Below are positions 14,262 through 27,507 of a DNA stretch of 64,000 nucleotides, piece by piece. The notes under the pieces are model-generated. The model saw nothing but the letters and a program-made list of their open reading frames with translations, did not search any database and was not told the DNA's origin. The stretch covers positions 1,860,001-1,924,000 of the forward strand of contig NC_043014.1 in assembly GCF_006345805.1 (NCBI RefSeq). The letters run 5' to 3'. Positions within the stretch are counted from its first letter, which is position 1. Each line of letters begins with the position of its first letter. Made by a program: the position numbers and the translations under genes. The DNA comes from Octopus sinensis. Its lineage: Eukaryota.

Positions 14262-14487
14262 CATACCTATTTCTTTATTACCCACAAGGGGCTAAACGCA
14301 GAGGGGACAAACAAGGACAGACATAGGTATTAAGTCGATTACATCGACCCCAGTGCGTAACTGGTACTTAATTTATCGACCCCGAAAGGATGAAAGGCAA
14401 AGTCGACCTCGGCGGAATTTGAACTCAGAACCCAACGGCAGACGAAATACCGCTAAGCATTTTGCCCGGCGTGCTAACGTTTCTGTC
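14262..14487 (-). mobile_element. SINE family B monomer
   Basis: Full unit plus head, homologous to 8441-8673. Confidence 0.88.
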
Positions 14488-14989
14488 GGTGCATCAACCA
14501 TCAACTTGGGGATGCTGGTTCAATGCTCCTTGAGGTACTCATTTTAGTTTCATTTCCTTCTGTCCCTCGCATTTTCATCCGCTCTCCATTGAAATATAAA
14601 TATCTTACCAACCGCATAGAAGGAAGCCATTGAACTGAGTCGCGTAAAAATATGGAAGGCTGAAGGTGAAGTTATCAACAAGAATAAATTAGTTCAGTTT
14701 TCGAAAATATCTCCAATCTAGAAGACAGATCGACATATTTATATTATCTTCTTTTGTATCTAACTGTCCCTCGACGATTAGGCTATTGATTTGTCCATAT
14801 ATCGATCTATTTATATGATTATTACCAGCGGCAACGACTTCATCAATAAGCGGTAATATTGGTACTAATAAAAAATGACATTAGTATTTTTAATGAAAAA
14901 TGAAATTATATATATGTGTATGTATGTGTGCGTGAATATATATATGTATATATAGCAGGAATATATTTTTGATGAATAATGAAATTTTA

Positions 14990-15026
<37 letters not shown>

Positions 15027-15027
15027 G

Positions 15028-15092
<65 letters not shown>

Positions 15093-15619
15093 ACATATAT
15101 ATATATGCATTAATATAAGTGTATATATAAGTGTATGTATATTTATATGTATGCATACACAATGCATATGTATCAACATGTGCGCATGTGCATATATATA
15201 TATATGCATCTATGTATGTATATATATATGTGTGTGTGTGTATCTATGTGTGTGTCTGTGGGTGCGCGCGTGCGCGTTGTAAAACGATACATTGACTTAA
15301 TGAGGAAATTTCCGTCACTTTGGTGCAATTCAGTGGCTCCACCTATAGATTTGGTAACGTGAGAAATATAAAATAAATTCTTATAAAACTCTTCCCTTGT
15401 GACCAATAACCCAAGAATCTCAGAGCATTAACAATAAACCCCGAAAACACTGAGGAATTTATTAGCCTCGTACATACATCCTATATATGTAAATATTTAT
15501 CTAACGTCCTCACATGACACAGACAGGTTTTCCTGTGTCTTCGGTGCTTTGGATAGCTTCGTTAAGTCTTTCCATCAATCATCTCATTTGTGCCAAAACT
15601 TTAAAAAGTTTGTATAAAA

Positions 15620-15929
15620 CAGTGGTTCCGAAACTGTTTCAGGATGCCGCCCCCTTGACACCCAGACCACGTTCGTAACGCACCACACCCCAACTAACCA
15701 TCACAAACACAGATCCCTTTCTGAAGCAAATTCAAAGCAACTGTATTTCACAAATAAAATTTAACCTAAAGAAACCCATTATTTTGTTGGTTTTACATGA
15801 ATCGGAACCCCTTATCACCCCACCTTTTACATGAATCCCTACCCCATTATCCCCTGTTTTTTTTCAATACTCCCTTGGAACTTTCCACCGACCCCAGTGG
15901 GGAAATACTGCTCACTTTTGGAACCACTG
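15620..15929. mobile_element. hAT-type MITE
   Basis: TIRs CAGTGGTTCCGAAA / TTTTGGAACCACTG (13 of 14 match); perfect 8-bp TSD GTATAAAA at 15612-15619 and 15930-15937. Confidence 0.9.
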
Positions 15930-15978
15930 GTATAAAATAAAGAGCTAAGTCGCAGCTGATATTTGGCCCTATTTACAG

Positions 15979-16018
15979 ACAAACGCAGGATATTTGGTTT
16001 CTTTTGGGGTTTTTTTCT
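15979..16018 (+). CDS. Possible upstream exon of the Cys-rich gene (TNAGYLVSFGVFF, hydrophobic)
   Basis: tttacag acceptor, GTAAGT donor, phase 0 to 1, compatible with exon 16974; short, so it may be chance. Confidence 0.3.
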
Positions 16019-16209
16019 GTAAGTTGTATCCCTTAAAATACTTTCTTGATCGATCGACATAAATTTACTTATGACAAATGTTGTTAATGAACTTGGGGAT
16101 TCATAAATGCCTTTACTTTTTAAATGATAGATATAAAGGTTTTTTAGTACTTTGTGGCAATTTTGCTTTTATATATCTTTAAAGTATTTTGCTGTTTTGC
16201 TGTGAATAC

Positions 16210-16295
<86 letters not shown>

Positions 16296-16446
16296 GGACA
16301 GACAGACAGAAAGAGAGAAAGAAAGGCAGACGGTATCTGCTGTTGGTACTGAATGTGGACGAGATAGACAGACACACTTTCGGTTATATTATTTGTTTGT
16401 TGAAATTTATTCTGAACATCTTAAGGTTGTTTACTTGTAAAGGACG

Positions 16447-16479
<33 letters not shown>

Positions 16480-16773
16480 ATCTTGTGTACTTTTGCCACT
16501 GAATATATCTGTAAAACCTGTGAAGGTCCCCCCAATAAACTCATTACAAATGAAAACAGTAAAATAAACTACAGATACCTACATACGACTCTAACAGACA
16601 AATTCAACAAAAATCAAAATAAGATACCAATCAGTACAGAAATGGCAACCACTGAAGAGACTAAAAAAGTAGCTACCAAACTGTCGGTACCAAATCAAAC
16701 AAAATAATCTAATCGATTGACACAAAGACCTATACTTAGGCTAAAATTTACAACTACACTGATTGCTGAGAGT

Positions 16774-16816
16774 TCTTGCCTGAAGATCGCAGCAGCATAA
16801 AACTCTAGTCACGGGA
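16774..16816 (+). ncRNA. Decayed hammerhead-like motif (ACUCGAGU-type helix III family)
   Basis: TCTTGC-CTGAAGA-TCGCAGCAGCAT-AAAAC-TCTA-GTC-ACGGGA; homologous to 32123-32165; G12 is lost. Confidence 0.35.
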
Positions 16817-16973
16817 TAAATATCCATTTTAAATAAATTGTGTGTGTGTGCGTGTGTGCGTGCGTGCGTGTGTGTGTGTGTGTGCTATCCGCGTGATAGC
16901 ACTGAATTTGAAGACAAAACTAATGATTTTGTAAATATGTAAAATAAATGTATATATTTCCTTATCATTTCAG

Positions 16974-17127
16974 GCAGTTCGATTTCGTTAAAAGTCGGCA
17001 CTCAGACATGCGCAAAGCGGTACCGAACTTGTCTGTTTTCTAGCCTCGTCAGAGCCGACTTGGCCACTTGGAGCGGCAGAAATCTTTATGGAGACAAATT
17101 AGTTGATTATCTTAAATTCTATTGCAA
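16974..17127 (+). CDS. Internal exon A of an unidentified Cys-rich protein (SSISLKVGTQTCAKRYRTCL...KLVDYLKFYC)
   Basis: ttatcatttcag acceptor, CAA|GTAAGT donor, 154 bp, only one open frame, phase 1 to 2. Confidence 0.6.
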
Positions 17128-17207
17128 GTAAGTCAATCAATGTTTCAATTACTGAAAGATTGTGGGTTATTTTTGCTGGTGGAGGCGGGGGGGGCTTAAA
17201 AGTGTTT

Positions 17208-17348
17208 ATTTACATTATTTACATTTGACGGATATTTATCCTCATCTTCTTTGCTCCCCACGGGCATATGGCATAGTGGTTAAGAGCGCGGGCTACTAGC
17301 CCCAAGATTCCGAGTTCGATTCCAGGCTGTGACCTGAATAATAATAAC

Positions 17349-17379
<31 letters not shown>

Positions 17380-17397
17380 TTAATAATAATAATAATA

Positions 17398-17458
<61 letters not shown>

Positions 17459-17695
17459 TACTTTCTATGTAATCTCAAGTTTTAAAACAAACATAATTTT
17501 CTTATGGTTTCTTAAACATTCTCTAGAACAACACTAAGTACAAAACCGAATATATCGCACCCTAAGCATAACACCAACATGAACTTCCAACTTGTTGTCT
17601 CTTGAGGTCTCTGGGTGAGACTTGGAGCCAAATTGTAAAAATGCAAAGCAAAAGTCAAATATATAATAATAATAATAATGATGATGATGATGATG

Positions 17696-17759
<64 letters not shown>

Positions 17760-17987
17760 CAACTACAACAACAACAATAACAACAACAACAACAACAACA
17801 ACATCGAAAAATACTTTAGGAATGAGAACCCAAGTTCGAAATTTCCCCCAAGACACCTGATGAAGGCTGGAGGGTATATCAACCGAAATAATGTTTTAAC
17901 AACAAACAAGATGAGAACAAATATCCGTCAAATGTAAATAATATAAATAATGTAAATAATTCCTCGTCTCCTAAATATAAAAATTTA
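17208..17987 (+). mobile_element. Composite element: inverted tail, tRNA-like head, (AAT)n, hammerhead module, tail (family E)
   Basis: 12-bp TSD TTAAAAGTGTTT at 17196-17207 and 17988-17999; A-box 17269-17279; B-box 17312-17322; inverted tail about 17208-17252. Confidence 0.85.
17852..17897 (+). pseudogene. Decayed copy of the family E hammerhead
   Basis: GACAC-CTGATGA-A-GGCTG..CAACC-GAA-ATAA-T: ACGU changed to AUAA and helix II has a mismatch. Confidence 0.6.
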
Positions 17988-18315
17988 TTAAAAGTGTTTG
18001 TCGGTGTGGATTGCTGTGAAATGGAGAAGTAAGAGTGTTCCGTTGCGGGTTGTTGTGCATAGGGATGCAATGTGGTTTGGAGTGACGTCTGTAGTAGTGT
18101 GTGGTGACACGATGTGGTATGTTGTAGTGTGTACTGGAGTGTAACGGTACTGAGTGGTATGTAGTGGTATGTAGTGGTATGTAGTGGTATGTAGTGGGAT
18201 GTAGTGTTGCCCTTGTCTTGTGTGGTGTCGTACAGAATTACATGGTAGTTTGTATCGGTGTTTCCTGATGTAGAGGATTAACAGTTGAAGTAGTAAGTAG
18301 CAGCGCCAGTAGTAG

Positions 18316-18892
18316 CAGATATTACAAATATCTTGGGTCATACATATCATCATCTGGAAAAGATTTTCTAACTAGAAAGGGTATGGCCTGGTCAGCCTGT
18401 AATGACATGCATAAGATCTGGTCATCAAATCTAAGTAGAGACTTCAAACTTGAAATATTCAAAGCCACAGTCGAACCAATTCTACTATATGGCTCAGAAA
18501 CCTGGACGTTATCAAAGAAGCTTGAAAGGCGGTTGGATGGAACCTACACTCGCCTCCTTATGAGAGCTCAAAATCTATCGTGGAGGCGTCATCCAACCAA
18601 AATGCAAATATATGGGAAACTACCACCTGTGTCATCTCTTGTGAAAGGTAGGAGAGTCCAGTTTGCTGGACATTGTTGTAGAGCTGAAAAAGAGGTAATT
18701 TCTACTCTTCTCCTCTGGAAGCCATCTACTCGCAATACCAGAGGGCGCACACTCTCCTACCCTGATGTAATCTCCAGGGATACAGGCATCCGGCAACAGG
18801 ACCTCCGTAATGCCATGATGGACCGTGAAGTCTGGTGTAGCATGGTAAATTCCATTGTCTCGACCACGGTCGAACAATGATGAATGATGATG
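18316..18892 (+). mobile_element. 5'-truncated RTE/RTEX-clade LINE (C-terminal RT region) with (TGA)n tail
   Basis: Open frame from 18323: YKYLGSYISS...EPILLYGSETWTL...RRVQFAGHC...RGR, stop at 18880; direct repeat AGCAGCGCCAGTAGTAG at 18299-18315 and 18911-18927. Confidence 0.9.
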
Positions 18893-18919
18893 AGTAGTAG
18901 TAGTAGTAGCAGCAGCGCC

Positions 18920-18985
<66 letters not shown>

Positions 18986-19144
18986 GGTGGTGGTGGTCGT
19001 GGTGGTGGCGGTGGTGGTGGTCGTCGTGATGGTCGTGGTGGTAGTGGTGGGCTGATGGTAGTAGTGGTATGTTCTGGTTTGCAGAGGCGTGTATAGCGGT
19101 AGGTGATGGTTAATTGGTGTTCTGGCACAAGTCAACCTCGATCC

Positions 19145-19540
19145 AGAAGATCCAGACGGGCGAAATGCTTTGTGGCATTTCGTCCGTCCTTACGTTCTAG
19201 AGTTCAAATTCCGCCGAGGTCGATTTTTGCCTTTCATCCTTTCGGGGTCGATGAAATAATGACCAGTTACACACCAGGGTCGATGTAATCAATTAGCCCC
19301 CTTCTCTAAAAATATTTTCAAGCTCTTATACCTAAAGTAGAAATAATGATTATTATTAAGACTGTGAGGTAATAGGATCGTAGGTGCGTCGAACGAAATG
19401 CTTAGCGAATTTCTGAGTTCAAATTTCGCCGAGGTAGACTCTACCTTTTAATCGTTTCGGGGCCAATAAAATAAAGTACCAGTCACGTACTGGAGTTGGT
19501 GTAACCGACTTGTCCTCTCCCTTTAGAATTTCTAGTCTTT
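19145..19540 (+). mobile_element. Two degraded family B SINE copies
   Basis: gagttcaaattccgccgaggtcg...cctttcatcctttcggggtcga motifs. Confidence 0.7.
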
Positions 19541-20467
19541 TACTAAATTCTGTAACCTTAATAATATATTATGTCGTGACACAACGAGACCAGAATTATT
19601 ATATTGTAAAGAAAAAACTCTGTGGGTACCAAAACAGGACCAGAACCCCTAATAGACTATCCACCCCCTGTTTAAACTATATCCCACCCTGCACACCCAG
19701 TGCCATCATCAAATGTTTTCCCTCTAATTCTGTATCTCAATAAAAGTATGTCATTTCTTTCCAGCTTAACGTTTTCCCTTCAAGCATAAACTTGCAGAAA
19801 TTCTAGCTGAATATCAATGACATTGACCTCATCTGCATGGGTCAGGTTTAAAATGTCATCAGCTTTACAACTGCATTCAAACCCTGGGGACGTAACACAT
19901 TATGTTCGAGGGATTCACAGAGAAACGGGGAGAGGCGGTGACGAATGAAAAATTTCGTTTTTTTGCGATATTTCATAATGCAGGTGACAGAGGACAGATA
20001 ATCACATTCACAATATGCTTATCTGTCTAAAATATATCTCGCCCATCATGACTCTAATTCCAGCATCAAAATACTTCCCCAAGACGTATATATATATACA
20101 TACTGTGTATATATATACTATCAAACAAACATGATTTTTATTGAATTCCAAATACTTTTTGTTGACATTTTCTTAAATACTTTCTTGTAAACAGTTTTTA
20201 ACATTTTCTTCTTCTTATTATTATTATTAAAGAATGTATATATGTAATTTAATACTCTTGTGACAACCAGTACTTAACACAACAAAGCTTTTACAAAGCT
20301 TTTACAAAGCTTTACATTTTACTTTTGACAATATTTTTCTAGAAAAGTGAAACCGGTCAAGTGAATAAACATCTTTAAAATAGCATTTTCAAACCTTCTT
20401 TCATGTGTATGTGCGTGTGTGTGTGTGTGTGTTTGTGTGTATGTATGTATGTATGTATGTATGTATG

Positions 20468-20499
<32 letters not shown>

Positions 20500-20955
20500 A
20501 TGGCATTGAACATTTCGGGGGAGCTTTCGCTTGCGGTTGAGATCATGACGCTTCCGCATTCCTAATCCTTCGACCCATGTTGGCACTGAATATCTTGTCC
20601 TGGCTTGTCTCTGGATCGTGTCAATAAGAAGTGGGTAGTGTCTGTGCAGTGTTGTATAAACCTCATTGGAGCCAAAATACCAGATTGCGCGATTGCCACC
20701 AAAGCAACTCTCTAATACTGAGTCAAGCAGGACGGCACCACGGGTGGAATAACCTAATACCTTGCTGACATTTTGCATGGGAAATAGTCAGTGATGATCT
20801 CCCTCGGTCATCACTGGACAGCCAACATATACAGACACTCTCACAGGGCCTCTATCTAAAGTGGACTTCACATTTTTTTATTAACTGACATAGTTCGTTT
20901 ATATTGAGCATATTGTTAAAGTAACCCATCCTTTATACAACCGCATTATTTAACA

Positions 20956-21216
20956 GGTGAAGGCGCGTGGCTTAGTGGTTAGAGTGTCAGCATCATGATA
21001 GTAAGATTTTAGTTTCGATTCCTGGACCGGGCGACGCGTTGTGTTCGTGAGCAAAACACTTCATTTCACGTTGCTCCAGTCCACTCAACTGGGGAAAATG
21101 AGTAACGCTGCGATGGACTGGTGTCCCGTCCAGCTGGGGAACACATACGCCAATGAAACCGGGAAACCGGGCCCAAGAGCCTGGCTAGGCTTTAAAAGGG
21201 CGCATTTATTTTATTT
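20956..21216 (+). mobile_element. tRNA-derived SINE family C, full length
   Basis: A-box TGGCTTAGTGG, B-box GTTTCGATTCC; 11-bp TSD ATTATTTAACA at 20945-20955 and 21217-21227. Confidence 0.88.
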
Positions 21217-21249
21217 ATTATTTAACACAGATTCCATGACAAGCGATGT

Positions 21250-21400
21250 ATTTGTACCATCGTTGAGTACCCTTCTCCAAATCCTTCGTGTGTACGTTGC
21301 ACTTGTCAAGAACGTCTTCTCCGTAAACAACTTGTAGACTTCTGTGAATGTCAAGTAGACCGCACCTTAAGAACCCGTTGTTTCAGCCGCGGATCCTTTA
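21250..21400 (-). mobile_element. Degenerate mariner transposase N-terminal (HTH) remnant
   Basis: Frameshifted LKQRV...LDIHRSLQVVYGEDVLDKCNV resembles the mariner KQRAVI...EIHRRLxxVYGE motif. Confidence 0.4.
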
Positions 21401-21721
21401 TTTTGCTGCGCTGAAACAGAACAGGAAGAGCAGTTAAAACCGGAAATGTTGCATTAACAGCGTTTGTAATTTAAACTGTAAACGCCAGTAAATAAAAAAA
21501 GTTATGCTCTTTCTAACATCGCTTTTCTTTCAATCCGCGTATATTATACATCTTAACCAATGTGTTTATGATTATCTTTCTTCGGTGAAACCACTGAACA
21601 AGAAAGGGGACCAGCGTGGGGTGGAGAAACTTCTGATTCGTTTGATAAATGATATCTTTGGGCCAACGAACATTTGGTGTTTTCCTTTCCTTGGAAACTA
21701 GTTAGTACGTAATAAATCATT

Positions 21722-21772
<51 letters not shown>

Positions 21773-22446
21773 GAGTGTGCGTGTGAGTGTGAGTGTGTGT
21801 GAGTGTGTGTATGTATACATATACATACATACATGCAAAAATACATACATATATACATACGTCTATATATACACATGTATATGCATTTATGTGTGTATAT
21901 GTATATATGTGTATGTGTGTGCATCTGCGTATGTGCATGTCTGTGTGTGTGTGTGTATACATATACATACATACATACATACATAAATACATACATACAT
22001 GCATAAATACATACATATATACATCTATATATACACATGCATATGCATTTATGTGTGTATATGTATATATGTGTATGTGTGTTTGTGTGTGCGTGTGTAT
22101 GTGTGTGTTCGTGCACGTATGTGGAACCGAAACTAAAGTGAAGGTTCGATCTTAACTCATTCTGGCCAGTGACATGCATTTGAACAAAAGACACGAGGCT
22201 AAATATATGCTCCTATGACATATACCAACGATGAAAATCGAAAAAGGCGATCTAAAACGACACACAGCATAAATTCCTAATTCATTGCAATTATCTCCGC
22301 TTCCAGAAAAAGTAGACAAATGGTCTGGTCTCAATTGGTACCAACTCTAAATACAAGAAGACAGGAGCAGTAAGCACGAGTTTCTACCTCAATAGTCGTC
22401 ATCAGCACAACCATTTCTGAACCTTATATTTATCAGACTAGACACT

Positions 22447-22815
22447 TGTGTATTGTATGTATGTATGTATGTATGTATGTATGTATGTATGTGTGTGTGT
22501 ATGTACGTACGTATGTATGTATGTATGTATGTATGTGTGTATGTATGTACGTATGTATGTATGTATGTATGTATGTATGTATGTATGTATGTATGTATGT
22601 ATGTATGCATGTACGTATGTATGTATGTATGTATGCATATGTATGTATGTATGTATGTATGCCTGTATGCATGTATGTATGTATGGATGGATGGATGTAT
22701 GTAGGCATATGTATGTATGTATGTATGTACGTATGTATGTATGTATGTATGTATGTATTATGTATGTATGTATGTATGTATGTATGTATGTATGTATGTA
22801 TGTATGTATGTATGC
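22447..22815. repeat. (ATGT)n microsatellite
   Basis: Read directly from the sequence. Confidence 0.95.
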
Positions 22816-23766
22816 AAGTATATGTATGTAAACATATACACATATGATATATATGTATACGTGAGTATGTGTTTAATATATTTGCATATGCGTTCACAGA
22901 GAGACAGAATGAAAAAGAGAGAGAGAGAGAGAGAGAGAAAGGGAGAGAGAGAGAAAAAGATAACGACAGACAGATAGACAGACATACAGGCAAACAGACA
23001 GATAAGTTTGCTAATTTTACAGCATACAAGCAAAAAACAGTACTCAATACATGCGATAGGTGGTATTGAATTATCCAAGCAACATCTGATAGCTGCAAAA
23101 ATGACTGTAAACACTACAACAACAGTCAATTCTGCTAAGCATATAAATGCATAAATCCACGGCTGTATGCGTCTATATGTTTCCATACGTATCACTTTCT
23201 GAATTAAACCAATTAATGGACGTTTAATTGGAAACTAAACAGACCTACGTATTTTCTTTAACAATTTCCTATTTATCAGAGAGAGATGAAAAACGTGGTG
23301 CCGCCAGATATCTGGGTTAAATATGAAACCTTATCAAATGGTAGATATTTAATATGAAGAATAAGGTTGGCGGGGAAATGAGAACGCATTTCTCGTTCAG
23401 ACGGAACGCATAAAATTTCTCAACATTAATGAAACACTCGTGCATTATATGTGTGCCTGTGACTTTTCTGTGTGTTCTATGTTTGCTTATGCCAATATAT
23501 CTATGTGTGTATGTATGTGTGTGTGTGTGAGAGAGTTTGTGTATTGATATGTACGGGTATATGTATATAAACCTTTGCTGTGTGTATATCCGGTGTTTTC
23601 ACAATGATTCACCTTGTGTGAGGTCGATTTTCTTCGGGTAACCGAGAGAGGAATGCAAGCTAAAATACAACTCAGGGAAATTTGAACCAAAACCCTCCTT
23701 CGCTACACAGCGAGTGCATAAAAATCAACCACCATCCTCACCTTCTGCATATAAGCATATGCATGT

Positions 23767-23825
<59 letters not shown>

Positions 23826-23843
23826 CATACATACATACATAAC

Positions 23844-23913
<70 letters not shown>

Positions 23914-24576
23914 TATGTATATATATGTGCAACTGATGATGGCACTGCATTTAAATTGATGTAATGATTGCATTGTTCTATTAAATGGAGCTGCTTGAAA
24001 CAGTCGTACTGCATCACTACTTATTTTGATTATACAGATTTATTTCCTAGATCGGGTAGTGCGTTGTGTCCTTAAGCAAGTCTTTTCCTTTTACGTTGCT
24101 CCAATCTACTCAACAGAAACGAGTACCAGCCAGTGTGTGTGTGTGTGTGCATCAACCCTCTCTCTCTCTCTCTTTCTGTCCGACTCTTCTCCCCTCTCTT
24201 TCTCCTCTGGTTGTCACATCGTGGCTATTCCGCTGTCCAAAAGGCGTCAGGGTGGATGGTCGACCGGGTGTCTACGTCTACTCGCGACTAAACGGGCACT
24301 TAAGACAATCAGTAAAATTATGGTACATGTTATATTTCCCTACTCGCTCGTGAGTGACGGCTGACTTTAATTTAATTTCTAAATTGGCTCCATTAAGCAT
24401 AATTACACTTCAGTTATTAGATTAATGAATTACACACACAAACACACACACACATATTCATTTCATGAATAACCTCCGCCCTTGTACAGTGGACAATGGC
24501 AAAAAGCATATAAGCAATTTCCACGCATAATTATTGAATTCAAACCGGAGTTCAGCGAGTCTTTCTTTGTGGGGCC

Positions 24577-24745
24577 TCCACTTCTCCACATTCAAAGGTC
24601 AAAGGTCCAGTACTATGGACATGTGATTGGAATGTTGCAGGAAACGATCCCAAGACTGATTCTTCAAGCTGAGCCAAGTGGCAGGAGACCGAAAGGTAAA
24701 ACCAAGAACGAGATGGAATACGGAGAATCTCCAAAGTCAATTGTT
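24577..24745 (+). mobile_element. RTE LINE C-terminal fragment, copy 1
   Basis: PLLHIQRSKVQYYGHVIGMLQETIPRLILQAEPSGRRPKGK matches the RTE LRWFGHV...GxRxRGRP motif. Confidence 0.75.
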
Positions 24746-24944
24746 GGTCAATTAGTACGTGGTGGAAGTGTGAGAGTAGAGGTTGACTCCGTTCTCCTCC
24801 TCCTCTAGTATTTTCAAGTCCCTAATTTCAATTATTTTAATCTTTGCATGGGTCCACCTTTGGTCATGAATCTTAGGTAGTAATGATCGAAAGAGTACGA
24901 TCACGAAATGAAGAGTTCCTCCAAAGGATCTCTGCAATAATATT

Positions 24945-25175
24945 ACTTGAGCAGGATACGCAGCTTGGAGATCAGGAAGTTTCTCCAGGTCGAGCCGCTA
25001 CTTCAAGGCATTGAGAAGTCATAGATCCGGTACCACAGGCATGTGATTGTAATATTGCAGGAAACGATCGCAAGACTGATTCTTCAAGCTGAGCCAACTG
25101 GCAGGAGACCTAAAGGCAAAACCAAGAACGAGATGGACTATGGAGAATCTCCAATGTCTCAATTGGTGACGTTTG
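24945..25175 (+). mobile_element. RTE LINE C-terminal fragment, copy 2
   Basis: RIRSLEIRKFLQVEPLLQGIEKS*IRYHRHV...AEPTGRRPKGK; homologous to 24577-24745. Confidence 0.75.
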
Positions 25176-25608
25176 GGAAAGCCTAATTCCAGGAAAGCCA
25201 ATGGCCGTTGCTTGTGATAAGACCCTATAGAGGGGGTGCTTGAGGAATCTAACCCCCAAGACCCTCCTGAGCGGTGTTGGATTAGATCCACTGGTTCCCG
25301 TGATGGGACAACAAATGGGTGGTCAAAGCAACATAGTTAAGGAGGATACTACACAAAGCGTTGAATCCACTCCATCCCATAAAAAGATAAATAAACAGTA
25401 TGAAGGAGGTGCTTGCGGAATCTGACCCATAGGAATAGGCGGAGAAAATGGATGTTTTCTTAATCTATTATATTATATTACATTATAATTATAATTATTC
25501 CATATGATATTAGAATACCAGATTATATAAAACTGGCGACATAAAATTAAGCCTACATTACCTGATACATCCTGTATTAGTAAAATTTCACGATATAATG
25601 TGAATAAA

Positions 25609-25711
<103 letters not shown>

Positions 25712-25714
25712 CTG

Positions 25715-25794
<80 letters not shown>

Positions 25795-26334
25795 CACACA
25801 CACATATATATATGTATATATATATATATATGTATGGATATACGCATACATACATACATATACATGTGTTTGTGTATGTGTGTGTATGTATTAGTTATAG
25901 GATTCATAAGAATCTAGGCACATCAACGTGTAGGACGTCAAAAATGGCTAGGTACAATAACATAAGAGTTCACAGGGCGATAACTAAGAAGTAATTAAAT
26001 TAATTAAGATATCTGTTTTGAAATAATAGTCTCCTGATCTCTTTGATTCTCGCACGACCCTTATAGACAAACCTTGTAATTTCTCCATAAATTCTAATGA
26101 TATTTTTCGAAAATACCTTTTATCCAAAAATGTCGGTTGGATCTGTCACCATCAAGGTATTATCTCACCTGTTTATACCTGTTTAAAATTTTACCTAAAA
26201 TGGTGGATTATATGATATGATGTCATTTTTGAATACATCAGTAACACGCTACGAAACAGCTGTCGTGCATGTATACATAAATATTAGAATATAGATGCAT
26301 ACACACACACACACAAGCACACACACGCACACAC

Positions 26335-26403
<69 letters not shown>

Positions 26404-26533
26404 TGCAACAAGGATTACCAAGGTAGTGTAGTACAATCGTTTCATCATGCTACTTCTTCATTTATTAAACAATGTAAGTATTACATCAGTTTTAAAATGT
26501 AAAGCAATCTTCAGCCACATTTAGAATATATAC

Positions 26534-26639
<106 letters not shown>

Positions 26640-27313
26640 GTTATGTATGTATGTGTGTGTGCGTGTGTGCATGTGTGTACTACTTTTATTAGCAATAATT
26701 TATCTTAAACTATGTTTGAAATGGTAACGCCCACTTTTTGTTATTCTACAACAGGACTTGTTGGTTTATGCATATTAAATGTTATCAATGTTATCAACAG
26801 AAATAGCCATTTTTATATAGTGTTTGGATACAACGCTGCATGGGTTCTTAATTGCTCACTTACACACAGAGACACACACGTGTTTCGTGGTATATATATA
26901 TATATATATAAGTATGCCTGTATATATTATAATTATGCAAATGTGCGTATGTGTATGCACAAGGATGTGCACGCAAAAAACACTAGGAAGTGAGTGTATT
27001 AATTTAAAAATAACTATCAAATCACCCCAGATGCGGCGCTGTGTTTCGATTGCTAACTCGATTTCATCATCGAGGGAAATATTTGTATACGTTTTGTAGC
27101 TTCTCAAAACAGCTTGCGGCTATTCCATGCCGTTAATGGTGGAGTAGTAAGGTTGTTATTACAACAACAGAAGCTGTGACCGCTACGCAATTGACTTCTA
27201 GAGTCAACAACCTCCTCGTTTGTTATACGAACACAACTAATGTGTAATACATTCGATTCATAGATTATTTCTCGGTCGATTTTTAAAAACAAGACTGATA
27301 CATATATTACTCA

Positions 27314-27507
27314 GTTCTATATTTAAGAGATGAGGAATTATGTACATTATTTACATTTGACGGATATTTCTCCTCATCTTGTTTGTTGTTAACACAACGT
27401 TTCGGCTGATGTACCCTCCAGCCTTCATCAGGTGTCTTGGGGAAATTTGTTAACAACAAACAAGATGAGGACAAATATCTGCCAAATGCAAATAATACAA
27501 ATAATGT
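27314..27507 (-). mobile_element. 5'-truncated family E element (hammerhead plus tail) with inverted tail copy
   Basis: Minus-strand module 27314-27448, plus-strand tail copy 27448-27507; 12-bp TSD ATATATTACTCA at 27302-27313 and 27508-27519. Confidence 0.85.
27391..27436 (-). ncRNA. Minimal type I hammerhead ribozyme, intact core
   Basis: GACAC-CUGAUGA-A-GGCUG(GAGGGUACAU)CAGCC-GAA-ACGU-U-GUGUU: helix I 5 bp, helix II 5 bp, palindromic ACGU, GUU triplet. Confidence 0.8.

Noticed and set aside
17085-17127. NLYGDKLVDYLKFYC resembles an insulin B-chain
   Set aside because: The first conserved Cys is Tyr, and no dibasic-flanked A-chain pattern is evident in the joined exons.
17262-17335. tRNA-like sequences at SINE heads (also 5865, 20958, 33928, 54225, 61594)
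   Set aside because: A and B boxes are present but acceptor stems do not close and each continues into a repeat body, so they are SINE heads, not tRNA genes.
20401-20778. 125-aa minus-strand ORF
   Set aside because: No recognisable domain; it runs into an (ATAC)n repeat and has no convincing splice sites.
23280-23340. Possible exon REMKNVVPPDIWVKYETLSN
   Set aside because: Weak donor (GTAGAT), and its phases do not fit between exons A and B of the candidate gene.
26225-26255. CGAAACAGCTGTC, a palindromic helix III-like string (similar one on the minus strand near 35365)
   Set aside because: No CUGANGA core or helix I can be placed upstream.
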